NCBI GenBank assembly: GCA_963848135.1
Contig: CAWKCK010000005.1
Coordinates: 248,001-312,000 of the forward strand
Direction of reading: 5' to 3'
DNA: 64,000 nt
From: an uncultured delta proteobacterium
GTDB lineage: Bacteria > Desulfobacterota > Desulfobacteria > Desulfobacterales > SG8-13
Made by a program: the position numbers and the translations under genes. This document shows, one piece after another, positions 22,948-33,010 of this stretch; position 1 is the stretch's first letter; the number at the start of each line of letters is the position of its first letter. The notes beneath the pieces were generated by a model. It was not told where the DNA came from and did not search any database. It saw nothing but the letters and a program-made list of their open reading frames with translations.

Positions 22948-25461
22948 ATGAAGACGAAACCAGAAATGACAAGCGAAAAAGGCCCCGCCGGAGTCAGAAG
23001 TGATATAGGAACCGGCTTGAATGACCTTTACATTTTACCCATTCGTAACATGGTAGCGTTTCCTCATCTCAGACTACCCATTGTCGTCACAGCTCAATCG
23101 GTGGACATCTACGGTGATGCCCTCAGCAAGGAAGGGTTAATCGGTTTAGTGGCATTAAAAGATGAAAGCGTTGATGACCCCATGCCCGAGCATGTGTTCG
23201 ATACAGGGACGATTGCTCAGGTCCTGCATTCAAAAAAATCGCCAGACGGCACGATGATGTTGGTGGTCAATGGCCAGAGTCGATTCAGGGTTTTGGATTG
23301 GTTGTCCGAATCTCCTCCGCTGCGGGCCCGGGTGACCGCGGCCCCCGAGGTCATTGAGGCCGACCTGGAGCAGGATGCGTTACTGCGACATGTCCGTCAG
23401 TTAGCGCAATCCGTTATTTCCTTGTCACCTCAAATTCCGGATGAAATTTCAGAGGTTTTGGAGCAACTTACAGACCCCCTGCAATTGGTATATGTACTGG
23501 CGCTTAACGTAACATCGGATGTGACATGGCGGCAGAACGTTTTGGAAATGGATAGCACCAAGGAAAAGCTCAGAGCCATTGCATCCTTCCTGACGCGGGA
23601 GAAGGAGGTGCTGGCCATTGGTGACCAAATTCAAACCGAAGCCCGCGAGAGTATAGACAAATCGCAGCGTCAATACTATCTGCGTCAGCAGCTCAAGGCC
23701 ATCCAAAAGGAGCTAGGTGAGACTGATGAGCAAGCTACAGAGGCCGATCTATATACCGATCGGATAGAAAATTCGGAAATGACGGATGAAGCCCGCCAGC
23801 AGGCCAGACGAGAACTGGAGCGTTTTTCCCAAATGTCACCGCAGTCTCCTGAACATTCGCTCGTAAAGACCTATTTGGACTGGCTCCTGGAGTTGCCTTG
23901 GGAAAACACGAGTGATGAATCAAGCGACATAACCAAAGCAAGCGGCATCCTGGACGCTGACCATTATGGCCTTAGTGACGTAAAGGAACGTCTGATTGAA
24001 TTTCTGGCGGTGCGTGAATTGGCAAAAAAGCGAAAAGTCAGCGGCCATGATAAGAACTTATCCGATACGGCATCGGGGGTTATTCTTTGTTTGGCCGGCC
24101 CCCCGGGTGTTGGCAAGACAAGCCTGGGACGGAGCGTGGCACTTGCTTTGGGCCGCAGCTTCACACGCATGAGCTTAGGAGGTATGCGAGATGAGGCTGA
24201 AATCCGTGGCCATCGACGAACTTACATCGGAGCGATGCCCGGCCGCATCATTCAGGCCATCAAGCGTGCCGGAACGCGCAATCCGGTATTTATGCTCGAT
24301 GAAATTGACAAGGTGGGTCAAGATTGGCGCGGCAATCCGAGCAGTGCACTTCTGGAGGTGTTGGATCCGGCCCAAAACAATACGTTCCGCGATCATTACC
24401 TGGATGTCGATTTTGATCTGAGCCAGGTCATATTCATTGCAACGGCCAACCAACTCGGCACCATTCCGCCGCCACTTCGCGACAGAATGGAAATCATTCA
24501 AATAGACGGTTATACCGAACTCGAGAAAGTACAGATCGCTAAACGGCACCTCATTCCCCGTCAGCTAAAGTCTCATAGTCTGAAAGAAGATGAGGTGACC
24601 TTCATGGATGATGCTGTGAGCAAGATCGTTCGGGACTACACGCGCGAGGCTGGCGTTCGGAACCTGGAACGCCAGATAGCCGCCGTGTGTCGAAAAGGAA
24701 TCGTGAAGCTTACCGGAAATGGATGGTCTCATGTTGTCATCACCCCAGAGCTTGTCCGTGAGTACCTGAGAAAGGAAATGTTCGAATCCGAACGCGCCGA
24801 ACCCATTGAAATCCCGGGGATCGCCAACGGTCTCGCCGTAACACCGGTAGGCGGCGAAATTCTGACCATTGAGGCCACGCGCATGTCCGGCAAGGGCAGA
24901 CTCACGCTGACCGGACAGCTGGGGGACGTCATGAAGGAAAGCGCCCAGATTGCACTCAGCTACGTGCGATCACAGGCGCCTGTTTTGCGGATCGATTCGA
25001 CAATATTCGATAGTACGGACGTTCACCTGCATGTGCCGGCCGGAGCTCTGCCCAAAGACGGCCCATCTGCCGGTGTTGCCATGGTGTCGGCGCTGGTCAG
25101 CTTGTTCAGTAACCAAGCTGTCAAAAGCCAGGTGGGAATCACCGGGGAGATCACCCTCCGTGGCCGCGTCCTGCCCGTCGGTGGAATCAAGATGAAAGTG
25201 CTGGCTGCACACCGGGCCGGCTTAACGACAGTGATCCTGCCCAAGCGAAACGAGCGTGATTTGGACGACATTCCTGATGAGGTTCGTCAGGCCATGCACT
25301 TTGTATTGGTCGATCACATTGACGAGGCCATGGCAACCGCCTTTGAACAGGGTCCTGGCGGCCACCTCGACATGCATTGTGGATCCATCGATTGTTTTAC
25401 GAACGACGCGTCCCTGGTACATGCCAACTGCCAGAGCGCAGGCCCGGGGGTTGTTCAGTGA
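22948..25461 (+). CDS. lon: ATP-dependent Lon protease
   Basis: GPPGVGKTS, RGHRRTYIGAMPG, PKDGPSAG catalytic Ser motif. Confidence 0.97.
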   Translation: MKTKPEMTSEKGPAGVRSDIGTGLNDLYILPIRNMVAFPHLRLPIVVTAQSVDIYGDALSKEGLIGLVALKDESVDDPMPEHVFDTGTIAQVLHSKKSPDGTMMLVVNGQSRFRVLDWLSESPPLRARVTAAPEVIEADLEQDALLRHVRQLAQSVISLSPQIPDEISEVLEQLTDPLQLVYVLALNVTSDVTWRQNVLEMDSTKEKLRAIASFLTREKEVLAIGDQIQTEARESIDKSQRQYYLRQQLKAIQKELGETDEQATEADLYTDRIENSEMTDEARQQARRELERFSQMSPQSPEHSLVKTYLDWLLELPWENTSDESSDITKASGILDADHYGLSDVKERLIEFLAVRELAKKRKVSGHDKNLSDTASGVILCLAGPPGVGKTSLGRSVALALGRSFTRMSLGGMRDEAEIRGHRRTYIGAMPGRIIQAIKRAGTRNPVFMLDEIDKVGQDWRGNPSSALLEVLDPAQNNTFRDHYLDVDFDLSQVIFIATANQLGTIPPPLRDRMEIIQIDGYTELEKVQIAKRHLIPRQLKSHSLKEDEVTFMDDAVSKIVRDYTREAGVRNLERQIAAVCRKGIVKLTGNGWSHVVITPELVREYLRKEMFESERAEPIEIPGIANGLAVTPVGGEILTIEATRMSGKGRLTLTGQLGDVMKESAQIALSYVRSQAPVLRIDSTIFDSTDVHLHVPAGALPKDGPSAGVAMVSALVSLFSNQAVKSQVGITGEITLRGRVLPVGGIKMKVLAAHRAGLTTVILPKRNERDLDDIPDEVRQAMHFVLVDHIDEAMATAFEQGPGGHLDMHCGSIDCFTNDASLVHANCQSAGPGVVQ

Positions 25462-25570
25462 AAAATATGATATCGCCTCTTTGACCAAAATTAACGAATG
25501 GGTACCGGATGCGCCTGTGCCATTAAGCCTGGAAGAACGGGGCAAATCGTCCACCCATGTGAGGATTAAA

Positions 25571-27433
25571 ATGAAAAAACAGCATAAATTTTCAATATGG
25601 TACGCAATTATAGGGGTCTGGTTGGTTCTTTTGCTTCATAATATGATCGCTTCGGCTTTGGTTGTTAAGACAATACCTTACAGCGAATTTAACAGCCTGG
25701 TTAAAGACGGCCGTGTATCTGAGATCTCCATTTCTGCGAATCAGATTCAAGGTCGAATGTTTGCGCCGGATGGCGACACCGAGAAAGGCACTCTGTTTAG
25801 AACGGTGAGGGTTGACCCGGATATATCCGCCTTTTTGGAGGAAAACAATATCCCTTTTGCTGGCCAAATCGAGTCGAACTTTCTGGGTAATCTGGTTTCG
25901 TGGGTCTTCCCCGTGTTTCTGTTCTTCGGCATTTGGTTTTTCATGATGCGTCGCTTCCAGCAACAGTCAGGGGTCATGTCCCTTGGAAAAAACAAGGCCA
26001 AGATTTATGTGGAAGATGACGTAAAGGCAAGTTTCAGCGATGCCGCCGGTGTGGATGAGGCCAAGGAAGAGCTCAATGAAGTCATCGAGTTTCTGAAAGA
26101 ACCGGAGCGTTTTACCAGGGTGGGCGGCCAGATACCGCGCGGCATTTTACTCGTTGGGCCTCCAGGGACCGGAAAAACGCTGCTGGCCAAAGCGGTTGCC
26201 GGTGAAAGCAATGTCCCCTTCTTCAGTCTGAGTGGCTCGGAGTTTGTTGAAATGTTTGTCGGTCTTGGCGCAGCGCGGGTTCGTGACCTCTTCAAACAGG
26301 CGAAAGAAAAGGCACCCTGTATCATCTTTATCGACGAACTTGATGCTTTGGGGAAAGCCCGCGGTTTCGCCGCCGCAGGAGGACATGACGAGAGGGAACA
26401 GACCTTGAACCAGCTTCTGGTGGAGTTGGACGGTTTCGATCCTAATGTGGGCGTAATCCTAATGGCTGCCACCAATCGCCCGGAGATCCTTGACCCGGCC
26501 CTGCTGAGGCCCGGACGGTTTGACCGCCAGGTGCTGGTGGACAGGCCGGACAAGATTGGCCGCAAAGACATTCTGCGGATTTATCTGGATAAAGTCGAAA
26601 CTGTCGAAGAGATCGACGTTGATAAGGTCGCTGCGATGACCCCCGGCATGGTAGGCGCCGACTTGGCAAACCTGGTCAACGAGGCGGCTCTGCTCGCTGT
26701 GAGGCGCGACAAGAAAGGTATCAGCCTGTCAGAAATAGAGGAAGCCGTCGAGCGGGTTGTCGCCGGACTTGAAAAAAAGAACCGTTTGATCAATCCCGAG
26801 GAAAAACAGATCGTTGCCCATCACGAATTGGGACATGCTCTTGTGGCAATGGCACTGCCTGGAACCGATCCAGTTCAGAAAATATCCATCATACCCAGAG
26901 GGATAGCAGCGTTAGGGTATACCATGCAGGTGCCGACCGAAGACCGTTTTCTGATGCGCAAAACGGAACTGCAAAATCGCATCGCCACACTACTTGGCGG
27001 TCGTGCTGCAGAAGAAATAATTTTCAACGATGTCTCCACGGGCGCCCATAATGATCTTTCCCGGGCCACCGACATCGCACGCAGTATGATCAAAGAATAC
27101 GGTATGAGCCGTCGCCTTGGCAGAGTCTATTTTGCGCACAGAAATCAAGGGCAATTCCTCTATGCAAATCAGGAGTTCGGTGGCGAATACAGCGAAGCAA
27201 CGGCCAGGATGATAGATGAAGAGGTAAAGCGCATCATCGATGAGCAATATGAGGTGGCCCTGGGCATCTTGAAAGCGAACCGGAAGCTCCTGGAGACGGT
27301 GGCAGTAACTCTCATCGATAAAGAAATTATCGATGGCGAAGGACTTTATGCGCTTTCTCAAGCCGTTGAAAAAAACATATCCTCTATAGTGGGCAAAGAT
27401 AGGATGGCAGAGGATGATTCTCTCGCAGCCTGA
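25571..27433 (+). CDS. ftsH: ATP-dependent zinc metalloprotease FtsH
   Basis: Two TM helices, [26 protein letters not shown] zinc motif; ATG at 25571 after GAGG. Confidence 0.96.
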   Translation: MKKQHKFSIWYAIIGVWLVLLLHNMIASALVVKTIPYSEFNSLVKDGRVSEISISANQIQGRMFAPDGDTEKGTLFRTVRVDPDISAFLEENNIPFAGQIESNFLGNLVSWVFPVFLFFGIWFFMMRRFQQQSGVMSLGKNKAKIYVEDDVKASFSDAAGVDEAKEELNEVIEFLKEPERFTRVGGQIPRGILLVGPPGTGKTLLAKAVAGESNVPFFSLSGSEFVEMFVGLGAARVRDLFKQAKEKAPCIIFIDELDALGKARGFAAAGGHDEREQTLNQLLVELDGFDPNVGVILMAATNRPEILDPALLRPGRFDRQVLVDRPDKIGRKDILRIYLDKVETVEEIDVDKVAAMTPGMVGADLANLVNEAALLAVRRDKKGISLSEIEEAVERVVAGLEKKNRLINPEEKQIVAHHELGHALVAMALPGTDPVQKISIIPRGIAALGYTMQVPTEDRFLMRKTELQNRIATLLGGRAAEEIIFNDVSTGAHNDLSRATDIARSMIKEYGMSRRLGRVYFAHRNQGQFLYANQEFGGEYSEATARMIDEEVKRIIDEQYEVALGILKANRKLLETVAVTLIDKEIIDGEGLYALSQAVEKNISSIVGKDRMAEDDSLAA

Positions 27434-27870
27434 ATTCTCTGCCTGAGTCGATAGAGGGCACCGGCGACACGTCGTTTTTGGTATCGGTTTACAGGCTTGC
27501 AACGTCCAATATGCTTAAGACGTTAGAATTGTAAGCGTTAACAGGGTGCCACGGATGCAAGGCGTCGGGCGCGCAAACATACTTTTGACCGTTAAGCGCC
27601 CGAAAAAAACAGATACGGTGCCATACGAATGCTTACCGCCGTTGTAACTTCTTCGAAAGATGTGTCTTCTTGAGGGTAAAACGGGGAAAGAGTAATCGAT
27701 GCCCATTAAACATGAAGAATCATCTGCAAAACCCTTTTATAGGCGACTCATACCGAGGGTCGCCCATTTTATCGGATTCGGTGTCGATGGTCCTGCAGTG
27801 GTCGCAGTGACGGCAAATTTCGTGCTCAGAAAGTCGTTTCTGGTATTAAAGGCTATTTAGGTCCTGCCAT

Positions 27871-27904
27871 TTGACATTACGAAATATTGTCTATTTTTTG
27901 TCTA
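27871..27904 (+). promoter_or_regulatory. TTGACA box followed by TGTCTA-N5-TGTCTA direct repeat (putative CarH-type operator)
   Basis: Perfect hexamer repeat at 27888 and 27899 (11-bp spacing). Confidence 0.5.
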
Positions 27905-27940
27905 TATATGCAGTAAGTATCGCCACAAATAAAAGGAGCG

Positions 27941-28072
27941 ATGATGAAAAAAATATTGATAAAATTGATTGCCATGGGATCTCCGCTGGCTATGGGACTC
28001 GAGCACGTTGTCACCAGAGGACGCGAGAAGGAGACCGAACAATTTTTCGGTGTTTCACGCAAGCTCAACTGA
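27941..28072 (+). CDS. Small hypothetical protein (43 aa)
   Basis: AAGGAG RBS, MMKKILIKLIAMGSPLAMGLEHVVTRGREKETEQFFGVSRKLN. Confidence 0.45.
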   Translation: MMKKILIKLIAMGSPLAMGLEHVVTRGREKETEQFFGVSRKLN

Positions 28073-28236
28073 ACTCGCAAGGCGAAATCATTTCACTGAA
28101 AATACAGCGAGTAGAGCCGGCAGTAACAATGTAAGCCGCCGAAGTTACCGATTGTGCCGACAGGCACAACGACGAGCGGGGAAAATCCGATTTCCGGCGA
28201 TTCCGCCGCCTGTCGCAACACATCAGGAGGTATTGT

Positions 28237-28671
28237 ATGCCATCCTTTGTTATCGCTGAAAAATGCGATGGATGCAAAGGTGGGGACAAGACCGCATGTA
28301 TGTACATTTGTCCGAATGACCTTATGGTCTTGGACCCCAACGAGATGAAGGCTTATAACCAAGAGCCGGATCAATGTTGGGAGTGCTTTTCATGCGTCAA
28401 GATTTGCCCCACCCAGGCAATTGAGGTGAGAGGTTATGCGGACTTTGTGCCCCTTGGAAGCAGCATCATGCCGATGCTGGGAACCGAGGACGTTATGTGG
28501 ACCTGTAAGTTTAGAAACGGGGTCATAAAGCGTTTCAAGTTTCCCATTCGTACCACAGCCGAGGGGGCAGCAAATGCCTATGTGGACCTTAAGGGGAAGG
28601 ATCTGGAAAACGGCCTCCTCAGCACGGAAGAAGCTGACGGAAAGTCTATTCCTCGCCCCCAAACGGTCTGA
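28237..28671 (+). CDS. aprB: Adenylylsulfate (APS) reductase beta subunit, stand-alone copy
   Basis: MPSFV..EKCDGCKGGDKTACMYICPNDLM...CWECFSCVKICP...RFKFPIRTT; GGAGG RBS. Confidence 0.95.
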   Translation: MPSFVIAEKCDGCKGGDKTACMYICPNDLMVLDPNEMKAYNQEPDQCWECFSCVKICPTQAIEVRGYADFVPLGSSIMPMLGTEDVMWTCKFRNGVIKRFKFPIRTTAEGAANAYVDLKGKDLENGLLSTEEADGKSIPRPQTV

Positions 28672-28710
28672 TATCTCAGTTGCCGTTTGAAATTAACCTC
28701 CTAATTTAAC

Positions 28711-28750
28711 CGGCGGAGCGATGCGCTTCGGCGCTCTGCTCCGCCTTTTT
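28711..28750 (+). terminator. Intrinsic terminator after aprB
   Basis: GGCGGAGC...GCTCCGCC hairpin followed by TTTTT. Confidence 0.8.
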
Positions 28751-29051
28751 GTTCATAGGTACCAGATTCAGAAACATTGACGCATCCGCCAGGCGAGCGG
28801 TACAGATCATAAAACCGGGAACAGTCGTCATACCCGCGCAGTGAACCCGCCCTCAACGATTTCGCTTCCACATCCAAATTGTCGCGACAAAAGATGCAAT
28901 CAGGCAAAGCAACAAAAACCAAATTTCAGTCATTTTTCCTCCTTTTAAAATGGGGTCCTTTCAGACCTGCAGATATTTAGAAAATTTCGCGTCAGTGTCA
29001 AGACATTCTGATGATAGGATGAAAATCTTTGACATTTTGCCTCTCGAATAA

Positions 29052-29085
29052 TTGACAAACTAGACGAATGTCTTATATTTGTCTA
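29052..29085 (+). promoter_or_regulatory. sigma70 promoter with TGTCTT-N5-TGTCTA repeat flanking the -10 box
   Basis: TTGACA-16bp-TATATT; hexamers at 29069 and 29080. Confidence 0.5.
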
Positions 29086-29155
29086 TTATTTGAGGATGAG
29101 GTTCAAACATAAACAGTGCACTTGAGCGCGTTAAGTAAACACTTAGGAGGTTGGC

Positions 29156-29668
29156 ATGGATAACCTAGACCATAATAAAGAAAAATTTGCAGATGCGATG
29201 TCGAATCTATTGAGAGATGATCTCGGTATGAGCATTGAGCTGTTGAACGAAATTATCGATACAGAACCCGGCGATAAACTGGCCTTGCTGGCTCGAGGGG
29301 CGATTTACATGAAGAGAGGCGAAACGGATAATTCCATCAGCGATTTCAGTCGTGCCATAGAATTAGATGGCAACTACGCAAAAGCCTATCACCTGAGAGG
29401 TCTCGCCCGGGAAACGGCCGGCGACGATGACAGCGCTTTGAAAGACTTTGACCAGGCGATCGATATCGATCCGGAATACGGCGCAGCCTACTACAGCCGA
29501 GCCACGTTGTTCACCAAATTGGGCCAGGAAGATTCTGCAGTAGAAGATATGCGAATAATTTCTCACCTGACCAATCGCAACATCGAGCATTTCGCCAATG
29601 AAAACAACGTATGGCGCTCCCGGCATTTGCAAGTGGAAAATATATCGGAAAACGAAATGAACCGCTGA
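29156..29668 (+). CDS. Tetratricopeptide repeat protein
   Basis: Repeated AY..RG / A..DF..AI.LD TPR units; AGGAGG RBS. Confidence 0.88.
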   Translation: MDNLDHNKEKFADAMSNLLRDDLGMSIELLNEIIDTEPGDKLALLARGAIYMKRGETDNSISDFSRAIELDGNYAKAYHLRGLARETAGDDDSALKDFDQAIDIDPEYGAAYYSRATLFTKLGQEDSAVEDMRIISHLTNRNIEHFANENNVWRSRHLQVENISENEMNR

Positions 29669-29710
29669 TCGTTGAATCGTCGGCTGAATTAAGAAAGGAG
29701 GAACCCTCTT

Positions 29711-29881
29711 ATGGATTTTAACTCGAGTGAAATTATTACGCTAAACTTGATCAAGCAGGCGGTCGAATCGGAAGGATGTCACCTTACCGATGTAGATCTT
29801 GAAAATTTACAGGTCAAAGTCGATGGTCCTGATGAAGTTGTTGGCGACTGCGCCAGAGCCGTAGCGGAAATTCTTCAATAG
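29711..29881 (+). CDS. Small hypothetical protein (56 aa), missed by the ORF track
   Basis: AAGGAGG RBS; MDFNSSEIITLNLIKQAVESEGCHLTDVDLENLQVKVDGPDEVVGDCARAVAEILQ. Confidence 0.7.
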   Translation: MDFNSSEIITLNLIKQAVESEGCHLTDVDLENLQVKVDGPDEVVGDCARAVAEILQ

Positions 29882-30127
29882 CATCGGCCGCCGTAAATAG
29901 GATAATAGACTGATAAGGTTTAGATATCAAAATAATTCCTTCCTGCAACGACTAAATCCAAAACTCCTTTTTCAAATTGGGGTATGAGGTTTATGCCAAC
30001 ATCTGTCTGTCCTTCAGAATGGAGATGACGGCTATAAATTTTCGTTATCAATGATGCGTCATACAATTAAGAGGGAAGCTGGAAATAAGTCTGGCATAAT
30101 GATTGATTCAACTAAATAGAAATTACA

Positions 30128-31153
30128 GTGGATAAGCACATGAAAGCAATCGGCTATCGCCATTCCTTACCCGTTACTGAAGCAAACGCCTTGGAAAATA
30201 TTACGTTACCCGTGCCTGAAGCCAGCGGTCACGACCTGTTAATCGAGGTCAAGGCCGTCTCGGTCAACCCGGTTGACTATAAAGTCCGTCAAAACATGGC
30301 GCCTGAAAACGGCGAATACAAAGTGCTGGGCTGGGACGCCGTCGGTGTGGTTAAGGCCGCCGGCGAAGCGGTGACCAAATTTAAAGTCGGCGATAAGGTC
30401 TGGTATGCCGGTGACCTGACACGCTCGGGCAGTAACGCCGAGTATCAGTTGGTCGATGAACGCATTGTCGGAAATAGGCCTGAAAGCCTGTCGTTTGCCG
30501 AAGCTGCCGCAATGCCGTTGACCTCGATTACCGCGTGGGAGATGTTGTTCGACCGCCTGCAAATCCCGACTGACACAACGGAAATCCCGAAAACGGTACT
30601 CGTTATCGGTGCAGCGGGTGGTGTCGGCTCGATTATGGTGCAGTTGTTGCGCCGTCTCACCGGCGTAACGATCATCGGCACGGCTTCGCGCGAGGAAAGC
30701 GTGAAATGGCTCAACGAATTGGGCACGCACCATATCATCAACCACCGCGAACCGCTTTCCAAGGGCTTAAAAGCCATCGATATTCCCGCGGTGAATTATG
30801 TGATCAGCCTGAATAATACCGAAGACCACTACGGGGAAATCGTGAAAAGTCTTGCTCCACAAGGGCATTTCGGTCTGATTGACGACCCTGCACAACTGGA
30901 CGCCATGCCGCTGAAACTCAAATGTGTTGCGCTGCACTGGGAGATGATGTTCACCCGTTCCATGTTCAAAACGCCTGATATGGTTGAGCAGCACATTCTA
31001 TTGAATGAAGTCGCCGGTTTAATCGACAATGGGCAGATTAAAACCACCGTCGCGCACCATTTGGGCACGATCAACGCCGAAAACTTAATTAAAGCCCACG
31101 CGATGCTGGAATCACAGCAAGCGCACGGCAAGATTGTTCTGGAAGGGTTTTAA
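30128..31153 (+). CDS. Zinc-binding alcohol dehydrogenase family / quinone oxidoreductase-like
   Basis: AVSVNPVDYKVR, LGWDAVG, GAAGGVG, HWEMMFTR. Confidence 0.92.
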   Translation: MDKHMKAIGYRHSLPVTEANALENITLPVPEASGHDLLIEVKAVSVNPVDYKVRQNMAPENGEYKVLGWDAVGVVKAAGEAVTKFKVGDKVWYAGDLTRSGSNAEYQLVDERIVGNRPESLSFAEAAAMPLTSITAWEMLFDRLQIPTDTTEIPKTVLVIGAAGGVGSIMVQLLRRLTGVTIIGTASREESVKWLNELGTHHIINHREPLSKGLKAIDIPAVNYVISLNNTEDHYGEIVKSLAPQGHFGLIDDPAQLDAMPLKLKCVALHWEMMFTRSMFKTPDMVEQHILLNEVAGLIDNGQIKTTVAHHLGTINAENLIKAHAMLESQQAHGKIVLEGF

Positions 31154-31548
31154 ATTAGCACGGCAAGCACCCTGAATCGCTCTGGCATGGCATACGCCGT
31201 GACAGGGTGATAATTTTTAGTCGTAACAACCTATCTCGTCAGTCCTAAAAGCGGTCGTCAATCGGAGGTCGTCTTCATTACTCAGAAGGTGGCTGACCGC
31301 CTCAAACTCCATATCCAACGAATAGATTACGAACCGGATGATCGAATTTTCCTGATTCAATACACCGTTGCGAAGAATTTCGTGAGGCTGGCCGGGTGGC
31401 CGGCGCCGAATTGCGTCCACATGATCCAAGGATGTTTGGGGCATCATCATCCAGTCTTCCCCAAGGGCTTCCCTGGAAGATGATGCCTATATCATTTCAC
31501 GCCGAATCGGAATTACCTATTTGGGTCCTCCACTCGAAGTGGGGGGTC

Positions 31549-32070
31549 TTAGTTCGATACTAAAACTTCTCTTGCACACGCTTTGGCGTTTGCCACGTCT
31601 TCTTCGTTGGGGTGCCCGGTCATCTGTTTGACCATATCCGCCCACTGCTCATCATTTAAACTAAGTTTCTTCTGGACTGCTTCGTGCAAGGATTCGGTCA
31701 GAGCGCCCTGGCAGTCAAAACAGCCCTTGTATTCAATGCCTTTTTCCTTGCATGCGGCTTTTATTGGTTCTGTAAATCCATCCATGTCCTGATCCGGATA
31801 GGCTGGGGCGAAATGGGTAATGAAACCAGCCATTTTTTGGCCCGAACCTGCCTGAATATTCGTTAAGAACTCTTTGACCGGTGCAACCAGATTGGCGGAA
31901 TGGAGGGGTGAACCGATGAAGATGACATCATATCCAGCAAAATCTTCAGCTCCGACGTCCTCAAGCTTTTTCAAATCAACCTCATTCGCTTGGGATGCCT
32001 CTTCCCAGATGGCTTTAGCGATCTTTTCTGTGTTTCCACTCTGGCTAAAATAAGTAACTAATACTTTCAT
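31549..32070 (-). CDS. Flavodoxin
   Basis: YFSQSGNTEKIA FMN-binding loop, GHP near C-terminus. Confidence 0.88.
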   Translation of the reverse strand: MKVLVTYFSQSGNTEKIAKAIWEEASQANEVDLKKLEDVGAEDFAGYDVIFIGSPLHSANLVAPVKEFLTNIQAGSGQKMAGFITHFAPAYPDQDMDGFTEPIKAACKEKGIEYKGCFDCQGALTESLHEAVQKKLSLNDEQWADMVKQMTGHPNEEDVANAKACAREVLVSN

Positions 32071-32248
32071 GATGTAACCTCCCTTTATTTATTCTACGAT
32101 TACTAATAGACCGCTGTATTCAAAAACAGCTTTGCTTAAGTGGTCCGTGTCGCTGATTTTATATAGCGGCCGGGTATAGCGATAATTCGAAACTGCATTT
32201 ACGCACCCTAAATGAAAACTTTTATAATGATCTGTGATTTAGTCACTC

Positions 32249-32884
32249 TTATTGTAAGCGCTCGCCGATTAAACGACCGATTCGTTTTGCTTCTTCCCAT
32301 ACTTCTTTTTGATCCTCAACCCGTGTGTATGCATAATCGGATGTCTTGGCATCCGGACCGTACATTTGCCGAAAGCCACTCTGTACACAGGTCTCCCCTT
32401 CGCCGCAGTAGATACAGGGCACGTTTCCTTGAACTGTTAATTGCCCCACCAGTTCCATGTGTTCGTAATCCCTGATCTCCGTCGCTAAAGACATATTAAT
32501 GGCATCCATCGCCTTGGGGTCCTTGCCAGTTAAAACCGTTGCGCACAGCTTTCCTTTGAGCAAGTTTTTCCGATGCCTGAAAGACCAGAATCTTTCAAGA
32601 AGGGCCTTGGTGAAACCATCGATTTGACCATAAGGAGGATAGGCACCGATAATCAAGGCCTTAGCGGTTTTGATTTTTACGGCAAGTTCTTGAAAATCGT
32701 CTTTAACCTTGCAGATATTGTCAGGCACGCATTTTTTACAGGCAAAACAGGGCCTGACATTAATCCGGCTGAGTTTTACAAATTCGGATTCAAGTCCGGT
32801 TGCATCCAGAATGGTGCCTACCAGTCGATCTGTATTGCTGTCTTTAATTGGGCTTCCCGATATACCCAATACTGCTACACTCAT
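32249..32884 (-). CDS. Iron-sulfur flavoprotein / NADPH-dependent FMN reductase
   Basis: GISGSP..SNT, CxxCxxCx5C, extra CIYCG. Confidence 0.85.
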   Translation of the reverse strand: MSVAVLGISGSPIKDSNTDRLVGTILDATGLESEFVKLSRINVRPCFACKKCVPDNICKVKDDFQELAVKIKTAKALIIGAYPPYGQIDGFTKALLERFWSFRHRKNLLKGKLCATVLTGKDPKAMDAINMSLATEIRDYEHMELVGQLTVQGNVPCIYCGEGETCVQSGFRQMYGPDAKTSDYAYTRVEDQKEVWEEAKRIGRLIGERLQ

Positions 32885-33010
32885 GTGATTCTCCTTTTAT
32901 TTCAACTAATATTACTCATGACCGTTAGGCATCAGACACACACGCCTTTATGGCGAATAACCTGAAAAATAGACCAAAAGGCCGGGTGGGTAGGCCCCGG
33001 CCTTATTTTA

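Noticed and set aside
25256..25570. 105-aa N-terminal extension of FtsH in the ORF track
   Set aside because: Overlaps lon; the ATG at 25571 has an RBS and gives a normal FtsH N-terminus.
31217..31483. Short overlapping ORFs between the oxidoreductase and flavodoxin genes
   Set aside because: No RBS or family motif; possibly a gene remnant but unassignable.
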